The position numbers and the translations under genes were made by a program. The notes under the pieces were generated by a model. It was not told the DNA's origin. It ran no database searches and saw nothing but the letters and a program-made list of their open reading frames with translations. DNA of 61,564 bases, the filler included, from Dugesia japonica (lineage: Eukaryota), in assembly GCA_001938525.1 (NCBI GenBank). It is 6 parts of 6 records of this genome, joined end to end, with 100 filler letters (N's around TTAATTAATTAA, not from the genome) between each part and the next. Parts side by side here need not be neighbours in the genome. Positions count along the whole stretch, not along the records: positions 33,584 to 42,233 come from MQRL01551104.1; positions 42,334 to 50,511 come from MQRL01624436.1; 4 more parts are not named here. One strand, 5' to 3'. This document shows, piece after piece, positions 37,396 through 48,463 of this stretch; the first letter of the stretch is position 1; each line of letters starts with the position of its first letter.

Positions 37396-38861
37396 AGAGA
37401 ATAATTGTATAAATACCCGTTAAACCCAGAGGTGGACATCAAATAGTGCAAATAATAAAATATAACAGTACTTGTGTTTGAGGTAAATACTGTTACACTT
37501 CAAGTTATATAATCAATAAAATATAATATTATTGTAAAAATTTTGATCCGAAACAAATCAATATCATTACTTCAACATTTTCTTATTCGATTTGAACATA
37601 AAAAATTGTTATTTTGTTTATAAAATTGTTAGGGTGAAACACATGCTCAGAAAGGCAACAAAGCCTAAACTCAAAGTCCACAAAAAAGAACAATAAAACC
37701 CGTAAAATTACTATCAAGAGAATTCAAAAGAAGAAAGTAATTATGATTCAGGAGGGTTATAATGAAAATAATCAGGAATAAAGAATACAAGCAGAGGGAA
37801 TACCACGAACCAGTGACCTAAAACAACATACATTCATATCAGAATTAAAAAGAATTAATGAAAAATTATTTTAAAATTCAAGAAAATTAGTATAAGGAAA
37901 TTGCTAATTAAGAAAAGAAAATATTAATTAATTTGGAAATAAAAATCGGAATCGAACCGAAAATCAGTTTTTCATGATTAACTCCGTTCAGGAAAGTCGG
38001 AGAGAATCCGGTTAAGAAAATTCAAGAAGAAAATAACAAGGGGCATTGAGATTTACCAGGAAGAAAAACCTACCATCACCCAGAAAGCTGCTGCAGTGTC
38101 CACAAGATTGAACCAATAGGAGGCCTAAAAATAAAAATAAAACAAAGAAGGAACCATCACATGGCCATCTAAAAATACTTACCAATCAGAGCTCTAAAAC
38201 TCTGTAAAAATTCTGGAATCATGGANCTAGCACCAATAAGACACTGGTATTTGAAAATAAAAATACCCTCCAATAAGAATGATGCCGAGTAGCATCAGAA
38301 AATCATATAAAAGGACCCCTAACTTTAGCAGAAAAAACAACAATTTTTGCGAAAAATTATTAGTATTAAATTGCACCGTATTAATTTCTGTGGATAATTA
38401 ACCTTGGTGAAAAAACGTTCAGAATATTACCATTTTAATCAAGCGTAAGGCAGAACCATTTGCAGTTGTTAGTTCTGAATTCATTCTAATTTTATAGGAG
38501 AGAGCTACTCAGTCGGTAGAAAAAAGAAAAAAAATCAAAGTCGGAATTGAAATAATAGTTGGAACTTCAAATTACGTTTGTTTAGCCCGTTGCAGAATTA
38601 CCACTTGATATTAAAAGTAAAAATTTGTTGTTATTATTATATGTCAATTAGATAATAAAAATGTCAAATAAATATCGTTTTTAAATTTAATAAATCCTCG
38701 ATAATAAATAAATAATCATGAAAAAAATTAATAAAAATAAACTCAAATTTTTATTTAAGATAGTTATTTATTCTACAATCAAACTCAACAAAATTTTTCT
38801 ACTAACCACTGAACAAATAGATAACCGCAATAAGAAGTATTTTCTTTTTATTCACTTCTGA

Positions 38862-39484
38862 CAGCACAATGAGTTCAGAATCCTTAAGACACCCCTATTA
38901 AGCGACGCAGAGCAAATTCAGAAAAATCTGAACATCAAGAATCGAGAGATAATAACTTTACCCAGCCCGACGAACTCACATGCTACGGTAGATTTATATA
39001 TTCCCTTATAGTAATATATTAATGGAATGTTAAAATCTATAGATTCAGTCTTTTCAGCCATGGATAATCAATCCCCAAAATGTGTGCGAGATGTGCATAG
39101 TCCTGGACGAATTGGAGACCGAACTGCTGATGAATCCACAACTAAATTGGACACAAAATATGAAAATACTGATTCATCTAATACACATCATGAGTTCACA
39201 GACATATCATCACTTGTCAAGTTTAAGTGCTCAACAAATTCCCGACATCGCAATTGGCATGTCAGTTTATCGTACCGACAATATACTCAGAATGTGTAAA
39301 GATATAATGAACTGTTCAAACAAAGTGGGCTCCAATATGCTCTCGGTCAAGAAGAAATGTCTCCTTCAGGTTTTATATATTTCAAATTAAATATTAATTA
39401 ATAAATAATTAGGCTACAGGCATCTACAGCTGTATTTTGAATTTAAGGAGAGCATTCACTTCTCCGTGGCCAGAAATCGCCTAA
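38862..39484 (+). CDS. Overprinted alternative-frame ORF across Rep introns 1 and 2 (174 stop-free codons; first in-frame ATG at 39091)
   Basis: Exons 38862-38987, 39043-39369 and 39413-39484 join in phase 0 with no stop until TAA at 39482-39484. Confidence 0.55.
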
Positions 39485-40356
39485 TGGTACCATTCGCTAC
39501 AGCTATCCACGAAAACGATAAGCAGCGGATACGGGATTATGTGACAAAAGCTGAAACTCGTGTGCATAATGGTGTTGTAATTAATTTCGGAACACCCAGT
39601 AAGTGCAAGATTAACAAACAGGATATTTGGAATAATTTATTAAACTGTTCTAATATGAATGAGGCAATCGATCTATTAAAAAAAGAGATCCATTTACATA
39701 TATCACTAAAAAAATGTATCATTGAAAATTTAAAAAGCGAGTATGGTGAAATTATTGATGCTAAATATTTAAAATTCAAACATCCGTTTTTTGACGTGTA
39801 CGATAATATAACACACGTATTTATCGGCAAATCAGGCATTGGAAAGACTAGTTTCGCACTAGCTCATTTCACACGTCCATGCTTAATAACAAACAGGCAA
39901 AGCTTTAGTCTTATCACAGAGAATAATAATGGATTGGTGATCGATGACATAGATTTCCGCAAGTGGCCTGTCACCGAGCTCATACATTTATATGACTGCG
40001 AGTATGACAGTATGATTGACATCAAGTATTCAACAGCTCGTATCCCAAAAAGAATGCCGAGAATTATTTGTGTAAATGACATAAGTATGATATTCCCTTA
40101 TGATGTTATTCAATCTACTCGCGAAGCATTAGAACGACGATTACAAATACACTATTTAAATGATAAATTATTCTTTATGACTGATTTAACACCAGTAATT
40201 AAATTATATAAATCAATAATAATATTTATTTTATTTCAGCGGAAAGTATCGAAATTAACAAATCCGTATCGTCAACAAATGCAGGATGTCAAATTAAGAA
40301 TGTTAACGGACAGCAATTCGACTCCTACAATTCAAACCGTTGATTTGGACGAATAA
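38869..40356 (+). pseudogene. rep: Spliced CRESS-DNA-virus-like Rep (HUH endonuclease plus SF3 helicase); predicted introns 38988-39042, 39370-39412 and 40195-40239; one in-frame TAA at 39297
   Basis: Motif I-like RNWHVSL, motif II GQEEMSPSG|YRHLQLYFEF (restored by splicing), motif III DYVTKAETR, Walker A GKSGIGKT, Walker B LVIDD, motif B' IDIKYSTARIP, motif C IICVN, Arg finger ALERR. Confidence 0.88.
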
Positions 40357-40542
40357 AATGTCCAGGCTGCCATTCGGAACTCTCTCTTAGTATTTATTCG
40401 AATATAAAAAAATTTGAATAACTTTAATTTAGTTGATAGTGATTGGATGTCATGTGTGTATTGATTGTTCCGTTATTCATATAAAATAAATGTTTTAATC
40501 AGTTTATTTATTCTTTTATGGATTTTAATAAATTTATAGTTT

Positions 40543-41151
40543 ATGAAAAACTTTATGATTTTATATGAAAATTTTATTAGTAGTAATACTTTTTATTTTA
40601 ATAAGCAATTTACTGTCATTCTCAATAATTTTATTAAAAAACATAATCTCAATATTACGGAAGAAGCTAATCCCATCAATTATCGTATTTGTGCAATTGG
40701 CCTTGTTCTATTGCTACAATCCGGCAAGACAACTTGTATATTACTTGATGGGGTATCTAATGCCGGTAAGTCCCTTTTCCTGAAGATTTTCTCAGCAGGT
40801 CTAGATATCGGATCATTCAGTCTCATTCATATGCAAAGCGAATTTTGCTTCGATAATCTCATCAATAAAACAATAGGGATCGGTGAAGAAGTTACTCTAG
40901 ATTTCAGAGTCGGTGTCAAAAATGGACCAAAAGCTATGTTAAAACCAATGCCATTCATCGTATGTGGAAATCTTCCTATATGGACATATTTATCCAGTGC
41001 AAAAGAGGCTATACTCAACAGATGCATATATATTCCTTGCACCAAAGAAATATCCATTGACATTAATGTTAATCTAAACAATTATATTGATGAGTTCAAA
41101 AAAGTAAAAATAGATGTACTTAATCGTGTTTTTAAAAATATAATTATTTAA
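40543..41151 (+). CDS. Parvovirus NS1-like SF3 helicase domain (no HUH domain seen; short deletion after Walker B)
   Basis: KTTCILLDGVSNAGKS (Walker A), FCFDNLINKTIGIGEE (Walker B, EE type), RVGVKN (B'), PFIVCGN (C), AILNR (Arg finger). Confidence 0.82.
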   Translation: MKNFMILYENFISSNTFYFNKQFTVILNNFIKKHNLNITEEANPINYRICAIGLVLLLQSGKTTCILLDGVSNAGKSLFLKIFSAGLDIGSFSLIHMQSEFCFDNLINKTIGIGEEVTLDFRVGVKNGPKAMLKPMPFIVCGNLPIWTYLSSAKEAILNRCIYIPCTKEISIDINVNLNNYIDEFKKVKIDVLNRVFKNIII

Positions 41152-44100
41152 TGTATGACTCATTTCTAAACTTCCTAAAGTAAATGTAATTATATAGAAA
41201 ATTTCTATAATATAACTTTCAGATAGAATCAACCAATCAGATTACGAGTGCTTAAGTAACAAACAAACCTATAATTAAGCATTCACTTATAAAAGTTATA
41301 CGATGACTCATAAATTATTGAATGCCCGGGGTTTGTTGAGGCTTAAGGAATAATTAAATGATCTATATAGATGCTTCAAGCAGCCATGGCTGCTGATTCA
41401 ACGACCCATGGGTCGTATACGCATCTATACGTCCTACGATAAGATAAAATTCCACCAGGATAATTTCACTGAGATCTACCATCAGGTCATAATCTGCTAA
41501 AATCCCGTTATATGACAACGGCATGGAATTTTGGGGAGAGCAACGAGTTTCACTTGACAATAACAGCACGTAAATTGATCCTCCGTTGTAACATAAAATG
41601 TTGAATATTATAATTTCCTCTCTTACAACGTTGCTAATCATGATTCATAGCAAGTGTGTAACGAATTCAGTAATGTCCACTAATGAAACCCAGTAATGTC
41701 TACTAATGTCCACACATTGGACTCTAATAACAATTCATTTACGCTGCAGTTGAAACCGGATAAACAAATTAAACATACCCACTTAGGTAATACACACCGA
41801 AGATGACAAAGTCCAATTTAACATACCGTAATCTAATTCGTTACCATGGGGGGGANNNNNNNNNNNNNNNNNNNNNNNNNNNNNNNNNNNNNNNNNNNNN
41901 NNNNNNNNNNNNNNNNNNNNNNNNNNNNNNNNNNNNNNNNNNNNNNNNNNNNNNNNNNNNNNNNNNNNNTTATTATTATTACTATTATTATCATTAATAT
42001 TATTATCATTATTATTACTATCAACTTCATAGTTATTATAGGTGTTTTTAATTATTAATGCGATCTTACTTGCCATTGCCGTTATCAAGATCATTGCCAT
42101 TGAAATTATCCATATTATGGGTATTATTCCTATTATTCGTATTGCTAGTATTATAATTTTATCAGTACCCGTTTATGCATTTATATTCTAGCGTCATTCT
42201 CATCATCATCTTTATTATGGTATACAGCCCTATNNNNNNNNNNNNNNNNNNNNNNNNNNNNNNNNNNNNNNNNNNNNTTAATTAATTAANNNNNNNNNNN
42301 NNNNNNNNNNNNNNNNNNNNNNNNNNNNNNNNNAAAAAAAACTGCTACAAAATTTAAAAGATAAACAAATTAATTTTCAAAATTTCTATTTTTTTTATTG
42401 AACCAAAATTTTTGACAGAAAACAGTAATTAAATGGGAAAAATAAAATAAATCTCTTGTATAATATTCTAAAATATTTTTTATCCAAACAGCCATTTGAT
42501 GCAAACAATTTCCACAACCGTTTCAAATGTCCAATTTTTGATTTTTTTGGTTTTAACATTTGTTCATTCTACCTAAAAAAAAATTTTTTTAAATTAATTA
42601 AAATAAATAATTTAAATTGTTTTTTGACTAATCAAGTTTTGTTAAAAATAAATTCAAATAAAATCGCGAATATTATTTTAACAGAATTTCCCAAGAGTTT
42701 TCAAAAACAACTCTTGGGAATTTGCATTTGAGAAATAATTATTGTTTAATATTACATTTATTTTCATAAATAGTAATAAATGATAAAATAATGAAATTAT
42801 GAATTAATATTTGTCTGGATTAAAATAAGTTTTTTAATGTCGATAAGAAATTTAAATTTTAAATTAACAAAATTATTACTTTAAAGATATTATTACACAA
42901 AGATCTATCTATCTATATATTTATCTATCTATCTATATGTCTATAAATGATTTATAGTCCAGTTCAAAATAACCTTGTTAAGACCAGTTTTATAAAAAAA
43001 TTTTACGTTAAATAACTACTAAATAACTAAAATATTTAGAATGCAAAAAGAAATTAAAGATTATATAAAACACAAATAAAGGAGAATAAACAGCAATCAG
43101 CAAGTTATTCATAAATAATGTATTCGCTTTTTTCTCAAAATGACTGGGTACCTTTTACCAATTTTATTTGAAATTGAACAGAAATAACTAATTTATTAAA
43201 ATCATGAAATTTATTAGAATAATTCCCAGTCATTCGGTATTTATTTGGTTTGATTAAAGAATTTTCTTATAGATTTCCGATTAACTATGATTAGATATTG
43301 GAAATTATTTAGCATTTCAGTTCTAACACCATGTAGGTAGTATAAATTAATTAATTTCTACCGATATTTTGATATTGATATATTTTTATGTATTTAAATA
43401 GAATGATAATTGGTTTCCTTGATAAATTGCTGATTCACTGTTATGTACAAACCAGTACAAATTTTAGGTCAAATTTATAATTAATTTTTCATAATTAATT
43501 TACTATTTCAAATTTATTAATTCAATTTTTTGTTAATTAATTTAAGAATAAAATGTTTATCAAAGTTATGAACATAATTTGTAAAATTCAAACTTTCTTA
43601 ATTTCATTTATAAAGTAACTGGTAATATATTCTTGTTCAAATCTTTTTAAATATTTTATCTTACTAAAACACTTGTTAATCAAACAAACAAGTTAATATA
43701 TTATTCACAGCTTTAAAATTTAGAGTGGGACATATTTTACGAGAAATAGAATTTCGTATTTGTAATAATTTTAAATAAACTCCGGTTCAATTCGATATAT
43801 GAAAAATTAGGCTTTTTCCACTTTTCTATATGAACCATTTTCATTGATTTCAACCTTCGTTGTTAATCACATGTTTTACATTTATTGTCATACACTGTTG
43901 CACTGAGTATTTCATTTCATCTACATTTTTTATAATGTTAATAACAGTCAATGGAGTTAAGTTCTACTTAAATAGAGACGTCTACAATTTTTTATTGATC
44001 GATTTTCAGTGATTTTTTATTTTGTAAATTGTAGTTTGTTTAATCACACCATTTTCATTATTGAAAAATAACATTTATTTGAAATATATTTTTGCCCACT

Positions 44101-44164
44101 AGAAAATCTCAATAACTTTTTTAAATCAATTTTTTTATTTAAATCTCAGAGATTTTAGAAATGC

Positions 44165-44990
44165 AATGTCAAGTAGATAAAAAAAACATTTTAAGTTGCA
44201 GAAGTGGACCGAGAAAAGTTTGCTGATTTTGCGGAACGTTCAATACCCTGAAGTACTGCAAACGATTTGTTCACCAAGTTATGAAATGGCACATTAAGTT
44301 TTCAAGATAATGGCTAACCAATCAAATTCGATGAGGACCATTTGATTGTTTTATTAAAATAGGATGACTGTCAGACATTCAAAGAATTTGCCACAAAAAC
44401 GAACAGCAATTCAATGAAGGAGAAAAAATTGTTCTAAATAACAGTTTTAAATTATCATTAAAAAATCACGAAATATTGTGTTATAACTCAATAAATTAAT
44501 TCCAAAATTGTTTTTAAGAAAGGAATTCATTGTATAATTTTGGCAGTGTTAAGATAACTTGATTTGATTTTATCTGTTTGATTTTATAGGAAAATAACCT
44601 AACTTTACTTTGTTATCCATAATTATTTATACATTTGAGTATTTATTTATTTTTTTGATTTTAATATTAAATTTAAAAAAATGTATACAATATTGAACAA
44701 ATAAATAATTTCAATAACGAATACATAATCACGTTGTTGTGACTCAGAATGATTCTCAAATCCATAAAAAAATATGCTTTATTGACGATGAAAGTTCTGC
44801 CTATGACTTCACATGTAATAAGTTGTTCAGAAATTCTCGCCCGAAATATCAACATCTTACCGATACACCACGTTCCGGACGTCATATTCAGATAGGTAAA
44901 GACGAAAGATCCATACTTATTGAGAGGACATTAGATATTTGTATACAAAGCTTCTGTATTAAAACGGAGAGATTAATAACAGAACATAAT
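44165..44990 (+). mobile_element. Two mariner transposase N-terminal relics (~44165-44420 and 44739-44990)
   Basis: LFTKL*NG..QDNG*PIKFDED and LTDTPRSGRHIQI resemble the D.PRSGRP motif. Confidence 0.5.
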
Positions 44991-45359
44991 CTTAAGCATA
45001 TATAGTTTATAAAAATATTTTGATTTTCAAAATATGTTGTATCTCAAGAAGATGAAACACAAGATATTTCAAAGTTTTTCATTCAATTTTACCATTTTTC
45101 ACTATATTCTGCAATATTGTTAGTTCTGTATTGATCCAAACTTTCAACCTTTGCAATCTTTACTCTAAATACGACGAACTTTCAACTTTAAATTTCCAAT
45201 TATGTGATTCATTTTCAATACAAAACTTTTTAATTCAATTATTTTTCTTTCACTGGAACCTTTCTTTTTTTCAAAATCTCTTATTCATTTTTTAATATTA
45301 GGTGTAAAAGTATGATTCTATTATTAATACTTATATATTTCTTAATTTTAGGGAATTTA

Positions 45360-46650
45360 ATTAGATGCATTCCAATTATTCAGCCATTGTTTGACATTTT
45401 CATAATTCACGAAATTCTTCTCCGACAGACCGTCAGCTATCAACCAGAACAAGTGGTAATCCAACTAAACAAGTCTGGTAAGTACGGCAGGTTTGGTTGT
45501 CACTTCCAATTTAAGCTAATTTAAACTATTTTTCTAGGTTTTGCAATATGAGCCCAGACGTTTTCATGCAACAAGATAACTTTCCCATGTCTGAGTATAC
45601 ACTTTAGTCGTTTTGTTGAAAGTTAATTATTTAATTTCATTATTTTCTGTTCATAACGACTAACAGTAATTATTTCTTCTTGTTTCAATAACTTGTGGTA
45701 CAAAAAAACCCTTTTTTATCCCACCACACATAAAATAACACTTTTATCCCTGAAAGTTGTGTTTTGTGGTCAAATTTGTCTGCTGGTCTGGATCAAAAAA
45801 CGGTATTTTCCGCTTAAAATTACCACAATAAAAGATTTTCTCATTTCCAGTGACTATAAAATGCACAAAATACTATTTTTTATTAATTTTATAATTAGTT
45901 TCTTTCTGTTAATTCATAACGTACCAATGTTCCTTTCTTTTGAACCTTTCATATATCATCTGTATAAACCATTGTCAGCAAATTCTATCAGTCAATGAGG
46001 CGATTGCATCAATAGCACTTTTATATTTTACAGAGGCGTAGCTAGTGTGTTTGGCGCCCGGAGACAAGAATCATATTTGAAAACCTTCCACTGAAAAATT
46101 AAGAGTCATCCAATGTAACGGTTACTAAAGTAAAGACTAAAGAAGAAACTAATGCAGACAAAACATGTGATTAGTCAAGCAAGAAGTAATACAAACGAAA
46201 TACAATATCCAAATAAGATGTATGTTTCTCGTCATAGGTTACGAAATCTGTAGTCTATAGACTAGGTTTAGCAATATTAAATTCACACAATAAGATTAAT
46301 AGTGCATAACAAAAAGTTGATTGCAAGAGAGTGACGAACCTTCAATCTTTATAGATATCATAAAAAAACGATACAAAGATACACAATACAAATATTTTAA
46401 AACCCATTTTGGCGCCCCCTGGTCTGCACCCGGGGAAACTTGTCCCCCATTGCTTCCCTAGATACGCCACTGCTATTTTAAAAAGTACGATTATATGATA
46501 TAACACACACAAACCCGCATACAAAGTTAACAACAAAATATCTTAAATGAATGATGTTGTGATAGATTATTGAAGTAGTTTTATTACGACTTCATTTCTC
46601 CCTAAAACAACACTGACATCAAAGCTATCGCAATATCTCTGAACTCAATT
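45360..46650 (-). mobile_element. Mariner (DD34D-type) transposase relic interrupted by a hAT MITE
   Basis: LHFIVTGNEK, LLHENVWAHIA, LDYHLF..FVNYENVKQWL. Confidence 0.7.
46031..46472. mobile_element. Non-autonomous hAT-type MITE
   Basis: 15-bp imperfect TIRs CAGAGGCGTAGCTAG / CTAGATACGCCACTG and an 8-bp TSD ATATTTTA / CTATTTTA. Confidence 0.85.
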
Positions 46651-47498
46651 GAAATTAATTGAAAAAAATCACAAACTGAAATCTTAATTTAGGGAAATTC
46701 TAAATTCATCTTTCTTTTATATTATATTTACGATTATTGATAAATAATTCCATGGAGAAATCCAACAATATCAAAACGAAGTTGAAAATTAAAAAAAAAT
46801 TCAATTCTATATCATGTTGCATTTCCTTGAAGACCATAAAATTCAATTTAAATTAGCATAATAACTTAGTATAATATTACATTTATTTCAATCATTTTTA
46901 AATTTATAAGAATTTTTCTGAAAAAATTTTTCATTAATAATTAAAATCTATTTTTCTGAAAACTTTTACTAATAATTTCGATTAATAATCGATTTTATGA
47001 TATAAATTATCCCATTTTCAAATGAATTTAGATTTATAATGGGATCATGATAAAATATATTTAGATTTGTATTTCTTGAATTCTTTCATTAAATTTTAAT
47101 ATTTATTAATAAGAATTATTTTATTAATTTAATTGAATATTTTTTAAACTAAATTAATAAATAATATTGTAATAAATATTAAGTCTACAGAAATATAATC
47201 TAAATTTTTTATTATGTTATTATTAATAAGTTCAAAATAGGATTTAAACAATAATTCTGTCATCAATCCAACTTTAAATAATAAAAGTAAAAAGGATAAC
47301 TTTAATAAAGTTAATTAATAATTATTATTAAATTATTAATTATAATTAAGTGATTAATTTTAAAGGTGTGGAAATTGATTGTCTTATTAGTATTATTTTA
47401 CATCGATCAAAATTATTGCCATCCTCCTGCCCAATAAACATTACCTGACTTAAGTTTTCAGTATGCTTTATTAAAATATAATGTAATATTTTTTCATT

Positions 47499-48463
47499 TT
47501 GTCAAAGTTTATTCCAACAAAACGCAATTTGCAAGAAGCTTCGATTTTTTGTTTCCATTTGAAAATGAGTATTATGGAAAGTCAACAAATGCTCTCAGAA
47601 GCGGTGGCAGTTCATTGATTTAATCGTATCAGTACTGGTTTGCCGTTTGAAAATTGGTGTTTTTGACACCGATGGCAAGGAACTTTCATGACAACCGAAT
47701 CAATTGAAATAAGGGAAATTAATCAGGACTCAGTTGTAAGTCAAAAGGAACTGGAGAAATCATTTTATGTTACTCAATCAACAATTCAAAGACGTTTGAA
47801 TGCTATTTAAATTATTAAAATGCAAGTAAACTGGGTTCCGGATGAGTTAAAGTTGAGAGATGCGAAAAGACGTAAAATGAATTACAAATCAATTCTTAAA
47901 AGACACAAAATAAAAATCGTCTTGCATTATATCATAAATGATAAATGAATACGATTTGATGAACCGTAAAAATCGATTGCAGAGCCAAATATTCGTCGTA
48001 CCAAACTGATGCAATGCATTTGATGCAAACATGTGAAGTGTTATATTTTGAACTGATCAAACCCAACGAAACCGTTACTGCTGAATTGTACAAATATCAC
48101 TAATACAACTAAGTGAGGCATTACTCGAAAAACAGGCAATTTACAAAAAAGACAAAATTAAGTAATTTTACAGCGCTTGTTCACAGATTCCAAATTTTTT
48201 TCAAAGAAACGTTTGATTTACTTAACTGGAAAGTCATATCACATCCATCTTATTTACCAGATATTGATCCTTTGTGTTTCCATCTATTCCGATTGATGAA
48301 ACATTCCCTGTCTGAGCAGCGTTTCTACTTCTATGATGATACCAGAAATGAGTTGAATCATGGATAGTCTTAAAATACGTTGCGTTCTTTTGCCTTGGAA
48401 TTCGCCCTTTTCCAAGAAAGATCTAAAAAAGTAGTGAACAGTGATGGACAATATTTTGAATGA
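47499..48463 (+). mobile_element. Mos1-like mariner transposase pseudogene
   Basis: SKFIPTKRNLQEASIFCFHLK, NWVPDELK, HPSYLPDIDP..HLFR, VVNSDGQYFE*. Confidence 0.88.

Noticed and set aside
38355-38432. TAGTATTAA and GAATATTAC as the CRESS origin nonanucleotide
   Set aside because: There is no flanking stem, and such words are expected by chance in AT-rich DNA.
26570-41151. pPolB near a parvovirus-like NS1 helicase, suggesting a bidnavirus-like genome
   Set aside because: The two lie on different contigs separated by the linker at 33484-33583, so there is no physical linkage.
41783-42233. ORFs in (TAT/AAT)n sequence; likewise hydrophobic ORFs at 49414-49926 and antisense ORFs over TE genes
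   Set aside because: These are low-complexity or shadow frames with no motifs.
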